Part shown: positions 1 through 8,190 of the stretch, in pieces
Position numbering within the stretch: position 1 is the first letter of the stretch
How the letters are laid out: each line of letters begins with the position of its first letter
DNA from: an uncultured Planctomycetales bacterium
Lineage (GTDB): Bacteria > Planctomycetota > Phycisphaerae > UBA1845 > CAYMME01
Direction of reading: 5' to 3'
NCBI GenBank assembly: GCA_964391465.1
Contig: CAYMME010000030.1
Coordinates: 1-29,758 of the forward strand
DNA length: 29,758 nucleotides
Notes under the pieces: generated by a model
Seen by the model: only the letters and a program-made list of their open reading frames with translations
Databases searched by the model: none
What the model was told of the DNA's origin: nothing
Translations under genes and position numbers: made by a program

Positions 1-1
1 G

Positions 2-658
2 TGGACCATCTACACCGAGAAGAACGCCCCCATGGAGGAGATCTGGAACTACGGCTGCTCCTACGCGGACGGCCGCGTGTATCTCAGCGTGTGGGGCAGC
101 GGCATCCTCGAATACGACGTGGCCCGAGGCACGTGGAAGGACTACCTCGATCCGGACGGCGAGATGGAGATCGACCTCTACCGCGACGACGGGATCGTCC
201 ACGTCATCACGACCGGTGTGACCTACATCGAGAAGACGCTGTGGGTGTCGACCTACTTCGGCGCCTGTCGCTATGACGGCCGGCACTGGCGGGGCTTCTA
301 CGCCCACGAGTCCGGGCTGCCGAGTGATTTCGGCAACGCGGCCCGCGGACGCAGTGCCATCGAATGCTGGTACTGCACGGACAAGGGCCTGGGCGTGGTC
401 GCCGACTTCCCGAGCGATACCTGGGTGACCTACACGACCGACCACGCGGCGGGCAAGGGCAAAGCCGTTGTGCAACGCGGGACGGAGGTTCTTGCCGAGA
501 TCGAGACGATGCCGAACCTGCCGCACAACTACGTGCTGTGGGCCGACTTCGACGGCGATGACGCCTGGGTCGGAACATCCAAGGGACTTGGACACGCGAT
601 TGGCGACGGTTACTATAAGGGTCTGCGGGTCGGTGAGTCCGCCGTCGCCCGCAAGTGA
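2..658 (+). CDS. 5'-truncated beta-propeller repeat protein (Reg_prop-like two-component-regulator propeller repeats), C-terminal fragment
   Basis: Frame +2 is open from the window edge through the listed ORF 32..658. The translation shows repeated W-x-G-T/S-x-x-G-L motifs (GSGILEYD, TDKGLGVVAD, GTSKGLGHA) typical of beta-propeller sensor repeats. No upstream stop is visible, so the 5' end lies outside the window. Confidence 0.5.
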   Translation, partial: WTIYTEKNAPMEEIWNYGCSYADGRVYLSVWGSGILEYDVARGTWKDYLDPDGEMEIDLYRDDGIVHVITTGVTYIEKTLWVSTYFGACRYDGRHWRGFYAHESGLPSDFGNAARGRSAIECWYCTDKGLGVVADFPSDTWVTYTTDHAAGKGKAVVQRGTEVLAEIETMPNLPHNYVLWADFDGDDAWVGTSKGLGHAIGDGYYKGLRVGESAVARK

Positions 659-680
659 CCAGCCAGGGGAGGTGGAGCTG

Positions 681-2153
681 ATGCGAACCACAACGTGCAC
701 AACCAGACTTGCAGTGTTCACCGCGCTGATGCTCGGATGCGGTCCGATGATCGCGAGCGCCCAGGACGCGGCGAACGATCCGGCGGGGGACGCGGCCGTC
801 CGGGATCTGCTGAAGGCGATCGACGTCGGGCCCTACGAAGTGCCCAAGCTGCAGCTTCAGAAAGACCACAACTACGCCCGCTCGGCAACGGACGTGAAGC
901 CCTTCGGCCGTCACTATACCAAGCCGTTCAAGGAGCACTTCCTCGAGCAACTGGAATACACCGGGCCGGGCCGGGGGATTCCCGAGCCTGAGCACGTGGA
1001 CACGGTGAAGATCGGTTTCATCGGCCCGATCATGGCCACGGTATCGGTGGCCACCGGCGGCAAGAGCCACGAAGAAGCACTGGGCGTGCAGATGTTGCGG
1101 GGGAGCCGGCTCGCCATCGAGCAGGCCAACGCCAAGGGCGGCTACATCAAGCGCAAGATCCCGTTCGAGTTGGTGATTGCGAACGACAATGGGCTATGGG
1201 GTGCGTCGGGCAACGAGATCGTCAACATGGCCTACAAGGACAAGGTGTGGGCCATTCTCGGGACGATTGACGGGGCCAACAGCCACATCGCCATCCGGGT
1301 CGCCCTCAAGGCCGAGGTCGTCATGATGAACACCGGCGACACCGACCCGACGTTCATCGAGACCAACATCCCGTGGGTGGCGCGCTGCATCGGCGACGAC
1401 CGGCAGATGGGCTACCTGCTCGTGGACTACATCTTGCGCAAGCTGAAGTACACGCGGGTAGGCATCATGCGGGCCAGCAACCGCTACGGCCGGTTCGGCG
1501 TGCGGGAAGTCAAGGACCAGGCCCGCCGACTGGGTAATCCGATCCTGCAGGAGATGGCCTACAAGGTCGGCGCGTCCGACTTCTCACTCCAACTCGATCG
1601 GATCAAGGCCGCCACCCCCCAGGCCGTCGTGCACTGGGGCGACGCCGAGGATGGCGCACGGATTCTGAACCAGATGCGAAAGATGGGCATGACCCAGCCG
1701 TTCTTCGCATGCGACCGGTGCGTGTCGGATGAGTTCCTCGAGATCGCCGGCGACAACGCCGAAGGCGTCATCTGCGGCTACCCGTGGGATCCGACGCGCA
1801 AGGACCCTGCCCTCGAGGCGTTCCGCGAGGCCTTTCGCAAGCGTTTCGGCGTCGAGCCCGACACGTACGCGGCCCACGGCTACGACGGGATGAACATGCT
1901 GCTCTGGTCGGTCCAGACCGCAGGGCTGAACCGGGCCAAGATCCGCGACGTGATTGCCCATCGGCCCGCGCCGCATCAGGGCGTGACCGGTGCGATCCCG
2001 TTGAGTGCGGTTCTCGACGACCTCGGCGAGGTGTTCCTGGCGAGGGTCGAAAACGGCAAGTACCAGTTCCACAGCCGAGCCGACTGGAAGATCCCGCAGG
2101 GCGAAATCCCCGCCCGCGACCGCGCAAGCCGAAAAACGGCCGCCGCCGAGTGA
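681..2153 (+). CDS. Periplasmic substrate-binding protein, LivK/Peripla_BP_6 (type I PBP) family, with an N-terminal signal/lipoprotein-like peptide
   Basis: ATG at 681 is preceded by GGAGGTGGAG. N-terminus MRTTTCTTRLAVFTALMLGCGP looks like a signal peptide with a Cys. The body (VKIGFIGPI...ANDNG...ILGTIDGANSH...) matches branched-chain amino acid/urea-type ABC binding proteins. This is an internal start within the longer track ORF 468..2153. Confidence 0.8.
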   Translation: MRTTTCTTRLAVFTALMLGCGPMIASAQDAANDPAGDAAVRDLLKAIDVGPYEVPKLQLQKDHNYARSATDVKPFGRHYTKPFKEHFLEQLEYTGPGRGIPEPEHVDTVKIGFIGPIMATVSVATGGKSHEEALGVQMLRGSRLAIEQANAKGGYIKRKIPFELVIANDNGLWGASGNEIVNMAYKDKVWAILGTIDGANSHIAIRVALKAEVVMMNTGDTDPTFIETNIPWVARCIGDDRQMGYLLVDYILRKLKYTRVGIMRASNRYGRFGVREVKDQARRLGNPILQEMAYKVGASDFSLQLDRIKAATPQAVVHWGDAEDGARILNQMRKMGMTQPFFACDRCVSDEFLEIAGDNAEGVICGYPWDPTRKDPALEAFREAFRKRFGVEPDTYAAHGYDGMNMLLWSVQTAGLNRAKIRDVIAHRPAPHQGVTGAIPLSAVLDDLGEVFLARVENGKYQFHSRADWKIPQGEIPARDRASRKTAAAE

Positions 2154-2163
2154 CACGGCGGCG

Positions 2164-2369
2164 GAAGTGAGAAGTTAGAAGTGCGAAGTTAGAGGGGTGG
2201 ACGAGGGACGAAGGGACGCGGGGACTGAGGGACGAAGAGGCCGAGCGGCAGCGAGGACACGGTGACGCGGAGAAGCGGCGAGTTGCGAACCGTCTTACTT
2301 CGTACTTCTCACTTCTCACTTCTCACTTTCAGTTTCGTACTTCTCACTTCTCACTTCTCACTTCTCACC
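2164..2369. repeat. Heptamer-periodic inverted-repeat element E1: gaagtga units on the left arm, cacttct units on the right arm, G-tract core gagggacgaagggacgcggggactgagggacgaagagg
   Basis: Directly visible tandem 7-mers (cacttct x about 8) are the reverse complement of the gaagtga run about 100 bp upstream. The centre has four or more GGG tracts spaced 4-5 nt apart. Confidence 0.75.
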
Positions 2370-3611
2370 TCGGCCGTACCGGCCGCAGCCCCCTTCTTCA
2401 CTGCCCGCTCACAGCCGGCCGAATATTCCGGCCCCGGCCGCGACGAACCCCCACCGACCGACCTGAAGGAAATCCGGCTCGGCTGGTTCGGCCCCACCGA
2501 CCCTAACCACCCCACCGCGGGCGGCATGTGGTGCGCTGCGACCATGGCCGTCGACGAGGCCAACCAGGCCGGCGGCTACAACGGGCTCCCGTTTCGACTC
2601 GCAGCAACCTGGTCGGAGAACCCCTGGGGCACGGGGGTCAAAGGCGTCACCGATCTGGTCTACCGCCAGGGCGTCTGGGCCCTCATCGGCGCCCCGGACG
2701 GACCGTCCGCCCATCTCGTCGAGCAGGTTGTGGCCAAGGCCCGGCTCACGTTCGTCAACCCGATCAGCACCGACAAGACCACGAACCTGGTCAACGTGCC
2801 GTGGATCTTCTCCTGCGCCCCCGGCGATCATCTTCAGATGCCGATCCTGGCCAAAGCAATCGTCAAACAAGCCGGCAACCAAGGCTTCGCCCTACTCTCC
2901 TGCACCGATCACGACTCGCGTCTGAGAACGACGGAGCTACTCGCGGCCCTGAAAGAGCTGGCGGAGCCTGTCAGAGGATGCGCGGGAACGGGTGCCACTG
3001 GCAGCTTGCCTGCCAGTGCGATGACCACACACCCCTCCAAACACGGGCGGGCAAGCCGCCCGTGGCACCCCAAGCGCCACCTCGAGTTCAAACCCGCATC
3101 GCGAGACTTCGCCGCCCAGATCCAGGCCATCCGCGAAGCCCAACCCGCAGCCATCGTCGTGATCGCCGGACCCGACGACAGCGCGGCAATCATCAAGGCC
3201 CTGCGAGCCCAAGGCATCGATCTACCCATCTTCGGCGGACCAACCATGGGCCACACCCGCTTCCGCCAAGCCGCCGGCCCCAACGCCGAAGGCGTAACAT
3301 TCCCGCTCCTCTGGCATCCAAGCACCGCCGGCAAGCGGAGTGAGCGATTCGCCAGACGCTACCGCGACCGCTTCGCCGCCGCCCCGGACTACACCGCCGC
3401 CTACACGTACGACGCAACGAATCTCCTGGTCGCCGCCGTCCGCCAGGCTGGCCTAAACCGAGCACGAATCCGCGACGCTGTCCGGACCCTCTCCCCCTGG
3501 CAAGGCGTGACCGGCAAAATCACCTGGGACCCCGCCGGCGCCAGCCAAGCCCGGGTCGGTCTGGGAACGATCCGACGGGGACAAGTCGGCCCCGTGAATC
3601 GCAGCGACTAG
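2262..3611 (+). CDS. Second LivK/Peripla_BP_6-family periplasmic binding protein (tandem paralog); 5' end uncertain
   Basis: The C-terminal two thirds align by eye with the upstream paralog (GLNRARIRDAV...QGVTGKI versus GLNRAKIRDVI...QGVTGAI; IRLGWFGP versus VKIGFIGP). The only in-frame start is GTG at 2262, and the first ~35 codons are encoded by repeat element E1 (LLTSHFSLLT...). Relative to paralog 1 there is a ~35-aa insertion (AEPVRGCAGTGATGSLPASAMTTHPSKHGRASRPWHPKRHL). Confidence 0.6.
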   Translation: MTRRSGELRTVLLRTSHFSLLTFSFVLLTSHFSLLTSAVPAAAPFFTARSQPAEYSGPGRDEPPPTDLKEIRLGWFGPTDPNHPTAGGMWCAATMAVDEANQAGGYNGLPFRLAATWSENPWGTGVKGVTDLVYRQGVWALIGAPDGPSAHLVEQVVAKARLTFVNPISTDKTTNLVNVPWIFSCAPGDHLQMPILAKAIVKQAGNQGFALLSCTDHDSRLRTTELLAALKELAEPVRGCAGTGATGSLPASAMTTHPSKHGRASRPWHPKRHLEFKPASRDFAAQIQAIREAQPAAIVVIAGPDDSAAIIKALRAQGIDLPIFGGPTMGHTRFRQAAGPNAEGVTFPLLWHPSTAGKRSERFARRYRDRFAAAPDYTAAYTYDATNLLVAAVRQAGLNRARIRDAVRTLSPWQGVTGKITWDPAGASQARVGLGTIRRGQVGPVNRSD

Positions 3612-3781
3612 CTCGGCGGACGAGCCAACGGGCAGGCACATCGGCGTTGCAGTGTCCGCCGCTCCGTGTTATGGGTCCCCCCAATCTTGGCTAGGCGAAG
3701 CCCGGCGGGCTTTCGCAGTCCTCTGGACGGGCTTCGAGGTACTCCAGAAAGGAAGGTTGTTGTGCGTAGCGGGAGCGCCGC

Positions 3782-4210
3782 ATGAGCTACGATCTGATGG
3801 TGTTCGAACTGTCTGCGGCTCCCAGAGGCCGCGCCGAGTTCCTGGAGTGGTACGAAAAGCAAACTCAGTGGCCGGAAGGGAACGACTACTACGACCCTCA
3901 GGTGGCTTCACCGGCCCTGCAAAGCTGGTTTCGGGAAATGATTCAGTTCTTCCCGCCAATGAATGGCCCGTACGCTTCTGCTGACGTAGATGACCCGCGA
4001 ATTACAGATCACTGCATCGGTAGGGGGATCATCTACTCAGAGTTCAGGTGGTCCTGCGCGAATGAGGCATACGCCAAGACTCGAGAACTGGCAAACAAGC
4101 ACAAGGTCGGCTTCTTTGACGTCAGCGCTCAGCAAGGTGAGATACTCTTCACAGACGATTCTGGTTTGCAGTCAAGGCCCCCGAAGACTCCCTGGTGGCG
4201 GTTCTGGTAG
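3782..4210 (+). CDS. Small hypothetical protein in a lower-GC islet (no family recognised; acidic, Trp-rich, loosely immunity-protein-like)
   Basis: 142-aa ORF with ATG start and GGGAG 6 nt upstream. Its codon usage and GC content look clearly lower than the flanking genes. Translation MSYDLMVFELSAAP...EFLEWYEKQTQWPEGNDYYDP has coding-like composition. Confidence 0.5.
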   Translation: MSYDLMVFELSAAPRGRAEFLEWYEKQTQWPEGNDYYDPQVASPALQSWFREMIQFFPPMNGPYASADVDDPRITDHCIGRGIIYSEFRWSCANEAYAKTRELANKHKVGFFDVSAQQGEILFTDDSGLQSRPPKTPWWRFW

Positions 4211-4364
4211 CTTCTCATGGCGAGTCTTTGGAGCGAAAGCACTCATACCGCTGTGCGCCCTTTCACCGGCCTCGGCGTCGGTAGGGTTCGCTGACCGAGC
4301 CGTTCAAGTCGAGGATCAGTCTGACCGAAGCGCTGTGTCGGCGAACGCGACCTGCCTCCTCTTC

Positions 4365-4395
4365 GCCCGGGCACCCAGAACTGATTTGCCCGGGA
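4365..4395. terminator. Hairpin between convergent genes: gcccgggca / tgcccgggc stem with 13-nt loop
   Basis: A perfect 9-bp inverted repeat is visible. There is no T-run, as expected in a GC-rich genome. It sits between the 3' ends of 3782..4210(+) and 4440..7949(-). Confidence 0.3.
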
Positions 4396-4439
4396 CATGG
4401 AAAGGCTGGGACGAGCGTTGGCTTGCTACGATCTCGGCC

Positions 4440-7400
4440 TCAGGGTAGCCGGCGCGTGTTGAACTTCTCTTGCCAGGGGCGGGACGCGCTTGTGGCGGGG
4501 AAACGCTCGCTCGGTGGATAGGGGTAGCGGCTCATGGCACGGAACGGCAGCGGCGTCACCGTGTCCGGCTCGGCGGTGTAGAGGTCCATGTCTTTGCAGT
4601 AGGCGTGGGAGACGAGAATGAAGCTGCGCACGTGTCCGTCACGCGGTGCGGGGAGTTCGCTTGCATCGAAGCGGGCGGCGATTTCGTCGCCGCTGCCTAG
4701 GATCACGTAGCGGTCGTCGAAGTCCGTGAGGAGTTCGTCGACCCGGCCGTAGCGCGTGTAGGCGCCTCGGGGCATCTTGAACGGTGCTGTCGGTTCGATG
4801 ATGTCGTATGCGTAGAGCAGCGGGTAGCCGCCGTCGGGTGAGTATTCTTGCGGGAAGCCCAGGCGGCGGAGGCTTGCTTCGGCCAGCGGGACCGTGCGGA
4901 CGACGAGCTCTTCCGTGCCTTCGTCTGCGGCGATGAAGATCTGGTCGTAGTAGACCTCGAGGTTCGTCGAGATGCGCAGCTTCGTGTCGTTGGGGGCGAG
5001 CTTGCCGGTAAGGTCAACGGTGATCATGCGCCCCATGCCACCCGGCGCGCCTGCGTCGGCGATGGCGGTCTCCCAGCGGCCGTCGGTGGTCTGGCGCTCG
5101 ATCTTGAGCGGCTGCCACTTCACGCCGGCCTGCGCGGCCGCGAATGTGGTCTGCGAGTAGGGGTATTCGATCCAGCCGTTGAGGAAGAGGTAGACGCTGC
5201 GGCCCGGGTCGAGCTCGGCCAGGCGCTTGTCGAAGTCGAGCACCAGCGCATGCGGTTTGCAGAAGCCCTGGAAGCGTCGGTCCAGCGGGGGCTGGTAAGC
5301 ATAGATGCGATCGACCGCGGCGAGTTGTCTGGTGCAGTCGGTGTTGTCGGGTGCCGTTGCGCGTACCGGGTAGATGCGGTCGGCCGGGCAGAGAAGCTTG
5401 TGGCTCGGGGCGGGGCCGTTGAGGGCCAGGCGTTCGTCGGGGTAGACCGACACGTCGCGCGGATGATCGACGGCGAGCAACTCTAGCCGGTCGATGTAGC
5501 CCACCTCCTCCATCGGCTCGCAGATGCGCAGCTCGTACACGCCGTCCCGCGCGGCCAGTTGGTCCGGCTCGATCTTGACGTGCTCGAGCACCTGCGGCGG
5601 CGCGTACTGGCTGGGGGCTACGTAGTAGCCGAGGCCGCCCACGCCCGCGAAGTCGGTGACGAACCCGAACCGCTCGCCGTTCCAGGCGAACAGGACGGGG
5701 CAGCTCGACATCTTCCGCTCGGTCTCGCTGATCCGGTGGTGCATGCCCGCGGCCAGCTCGATCTCCGACTGCGTCACCCCGTCAGGCCACGTGAACGCCA
5801 GGTAGTCGAGCTTGGTCGCCCCGCTCAGGCCGAAGACCACGGGTCGTTGGGATTGGCTCAGGCCGCCGTTGAGCCCCGTGTGCGTGATCACCTGGCTGTG
5901 CAGGCCGCAGCGCAGATCGAGCTTCGTTCCGTAGCCGCTGGCCGGGCTGCGGGTCCGCTTGTCCGCGCCGCGGTCGCCCGTCGGCGTCACCGCCAGCCAG
6001 TTGGCCGGCGGCGTCAGCGTGGTCGGGACGAGCTCGACTCGCCCGGTCGGCGCCACCCGGACACGCAGCACGTCGGGCACGCCGTCTCCGGTGAGGTCCA
6101 CGAGATCCGTGCCGACAACCGCACCTTCCGCGGGCTTGGGCCAGAGGTTTGCCTTGGTCACGAAACGCCCCGCGCCGTCGTTGAGAAGCACGTGACCGGC
6201 GGCCCCGAAGACGGCCACGTCGAGATCGCCGTCGAGATCCACATCCGCAACGCGCGTAGCGACGAGATCACCCCACGTCGAGACAGCCTCGAGGCAGCCG
6301 TCGAACTGCTTGCTTGGCGCGAATGCCCCCGTCGCATCGGTCAGATACAACCGCCCGGGCGTCTCCCCACCCGGTGCAACCAGCAGGTCGGCCCGGCCGT
6401 CGCCGTTGAAGTCCTGCAACACGCCGCCGCGGTCGCCGCGAATCGGTTCGGCCGTGATCTGCCCTTCGCGATATTTGCCGAAGCGGTCGTTGAAAAACAG
6501 CTTGGCCTGCGCTTTGTCGTTGAACACGAGAAGATCGGTGTCGCGGTCGGCGTCGATGTCCACGGGAGCGAGCATGACGCTCCGCTCCGCGGCGCACGCG
6601 ACCCCGGCATCCGCGGCGATATCCGTGAACGTACCGTCGGCGTTGTTGTTCAGCAGTTGGTTGGCCGCGGCAGAGGCCCCGGCGGCGGACGCAGCGTTGC
6701 AGACGTAGATGTCGAGATCGGCGTCGTGGTCCGCGTCGAGAAACACGGCCGACACACTCGTCACGTTCGGGCCGGCCGTTCCGGTCGCGTCCGTCACATC
6801 CTCGAACGTGCCGTCGCCCCGGCCGCGAAAGAGGCGGTTCGGCCCGACGCAGCTCACGTAGATGTCCACCTTGTCATCGTTGTCGTAGTCGCCGAAAGCG
6901 CACGAGACGGCTGCGAGTTGCCCCGCCAATCCCGCGGCTTGAGTGGCGTCGATGAAACCTCCTTCTTCGGCAAGCAGGAGCAAGAGCCCCGGCCGGTCGT
7001 CGCGAACGACGCCCGTGGTGGCGATGTCCAAACGACCGTCCCCGTTCACATCCGCGAGCGCCAACTGCACCCCGGCCCGCCCGACGATGTCCGCGGCGCG
7101 CCTCGCCTTGAACTCGAAACGCGAATCGGACGCCGACGCGTCCACCAGCGTCTGCGCAGCACCGGACGCCAGTTCTCCGCTCGAGACACCCGCCGCAGGC
7201 ACGGCAGCGAGGGGCCGGACGACGGCTAGCGGTCCCATTCGGTTGTACGCCGCCAGGTCCAGCTTCTCGGACAGCGGGCTCTTGTCGATCTTGGCGAACT
7301 TCTCCCGGTAAGGGGCGGCCGCCTCTCGCCCTTCCTGCAGCGCGACCATCAGCATGAATTCGTAGTGCGCACTGGCGAGGCCGGGATTCTCCTGAATCGC

Positions 7401-7949
7401 CCGCTCCAGCTCGGCGCGACAGGGTTGACCCAGGCGCCGCTTGCATCGGCCGAGCAAGAACCAGGCGTAGGCATCGCCGGGCGTCTGCTCCACCACACGT
7501 TGGAAGTACGCCAGCGCCTGCTCGTCCTCTCCGGCATAGTGGTGGATCAGGCCGCGGAAGTACTGCGCCCGCACGTTGCCGGGTTCATCGTGAACGACCG
7601 TATCCACCAGCGCCGTGGCACGCTCCAGGTCACCGTTGGTAGCGCGGTTGTAGATGGCGATGGCCAGGTTGACGCGGGCCTCGACGGAATCGGGAGCCAC
7701 TTTGACGGCCTCTTCAAGGACCGCCGCCGCGTCCTTGTAGTTGTACTGATTCATCAGGGCCACGCCCTGGTTGATCGCACGCACGAACGCATCCGACGCC
7801 TTCCGGGTGGCCAAGGCATCCGAGGTCTTCTGGGTGTCCGTGGGTTTGCTCGGCGCTTCGGAGCACGAGAGCCCTCCTAGGGCCGCCAGCATGGCAAGGA
7901 GGCCCAATCGACGAACGGTACCGAACGCCGCGAATCTGCAAGTGCACAC
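4440..7949 (-). CDS. CRTAC1-family secreted protein: N-terminal TPR repeats + multiple FG-GAP/VCBS calcium-binding repeats + UnbV/ASPIC domain + long C-terminal extension
   Basis: 1169-aa ORF with GTG start and GGGAGA 8 nt upstream. The signal peptide is MCTCRFAAFGTVRRLGLLAMLAALGG. TPR-like helices are visible (YNYKDAAAVLEEAVKVAPD, AYFQRVVEQTPGDAYAWFLLG). FG-GAP/VCBS motifs are repeated (VNGDGRLDIATTG, DYDNDDKVDIYVS, DADHDADLDIYV, DIDADRDTDLLVFN, DFNGDGRADLLVA, DVDLDGDLDVAVFG). A UnbV_ASPIC-like segment is present (LHSQVITHTGLNGG...FGLSGATKLDYLAFTWPDG). Confidence 0.85.
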   Translation of the reverse strand: MCTCRFAAFGTVRRLGLLAMLAALGGLSCSEAPSKPTDTQKTSDALATRKASDAFVRAINQGVALMNQYNYKDAAAVLEEAVKVAPDSVEARVNLAIAIYNRATNGDLERATALVDTVVHDEPGNVRAQYFRGLIHHYAGEDEQALAYFQRVVEQTPGDAYAWFLLGRCKRRLGQPCRAELERAIQENPGLASAHYEFMLMVALQEGREAAAPYREKFAKIDKSPLSEKLDLAAYNRMGPLAVVRPLAAVPAAGVSSGELASGAAQTLVDASASDSRFEFKARRAADIVGRAGVQLALADVNGDGRLDIATTGVVRDDRPGLLLLLAEEGGFIDATQAAGLAGQLAAVSCAFGDYDNDDKVDIYVSCVGPNRLFRGRGDGTFEDVTDATGTAGPNVTSVSAVFLDADHDADLDIYVCNAASAAGASAAANQLLNNNADGTFTDIAADAGVACAAERSVMLAPVDIDADRDTDLLVFNDKAQAKLFFNDRFGKYREGQITAEPIRGDRGGVLQDFNGDGRADLLVAPGGETPGRLYLTDATGAFAPSKQFDGCLEAVSTWGDLVATRVADVDLDGDLDVAVFGAAGHVLLNDGAGRFVTKANLWPKPAEGAVVGTDLVDLTGDGVPDVLRVRVAPTGRVELVPTTLTPPANWLAVTPTGDRGADKRTRSPASGYGTKLDLRCGLHSQVITHTGLNGGLSQSQRPVVFGLSGATKLDYLAFTWPDGVTQSEIELAAGMHHRISETERKMSSCPVLFAWNGERFGFVTDFAGVGGLGYYVAPSQYAPPQVLEHVKIEPDQLAARDGVYELRICEPMEEVGYIDRLELLAVDHPRDVSVYPDERLALNGPAPSHKLLCPADRIYPVRATAPDNTDCTRQLAAVDRIYAYQPPLDRRFQGFCKPHALVLDFDKRLAELDPGRSVYLFLNGWIEYPYSQTTFAAAQAGVKWQPLKIERQTTDGRWETAIADAGAPGGMGRMITVDLTGKLAPNDTKLRISTNLEVYYDQIFIAADEGTEELVVRTVPLAEASLRRLGFPQEYSPDGGYPLLYAYDIIEPTAPFKMPRGAYTRYGRVDELLTDFDDRYVILGSGDEIAARFDASELPAPRDGHVRSFILVSHAYCKDMDLYTAEPDTVTPLPFRAMSRYPYPPSERFPATSASRPWQEKFNTRRLP

Positions 7950-8190
7950 GATAGCCGTCTCCCTGTGTTCCGACGCCGGCGCAGGTACTTCCCAGCATCG
8001 CCATCACGTCTCGGCGCCGAACGACCATTCTCGCCTGCCGGGTCCGCTGGTTCAATCCGCTCCATGGCGGATTCGCCCCGGTTGTGGCGCACCGTGGGTT
8101 CGTGTAAGTGTGTGGTCCAAGCACTTGCACGGGAACGTAGGAAGGTGCAGGTCAGCTTCCTGCGTCCACCCAGCCCGTAGATCGTCCGGG

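Noticed and set aside
207-1070. 287-aa minus-strand ORF and other overlapping small ORFs in the first 2 kb
   Set aside because: They overlap the propeller fragment and LivK gene on the opposite strand and have Arg/Ser/Pro-rich composition.
5559-7229. 556-aa plus-strand ORF inside the CRTAC1/ASPIC gene
   Set aside because: It lies antisense to a well-supported 1169-aa gene with recognisable domains. The translation is low-complexity R/G/A/V-rich.
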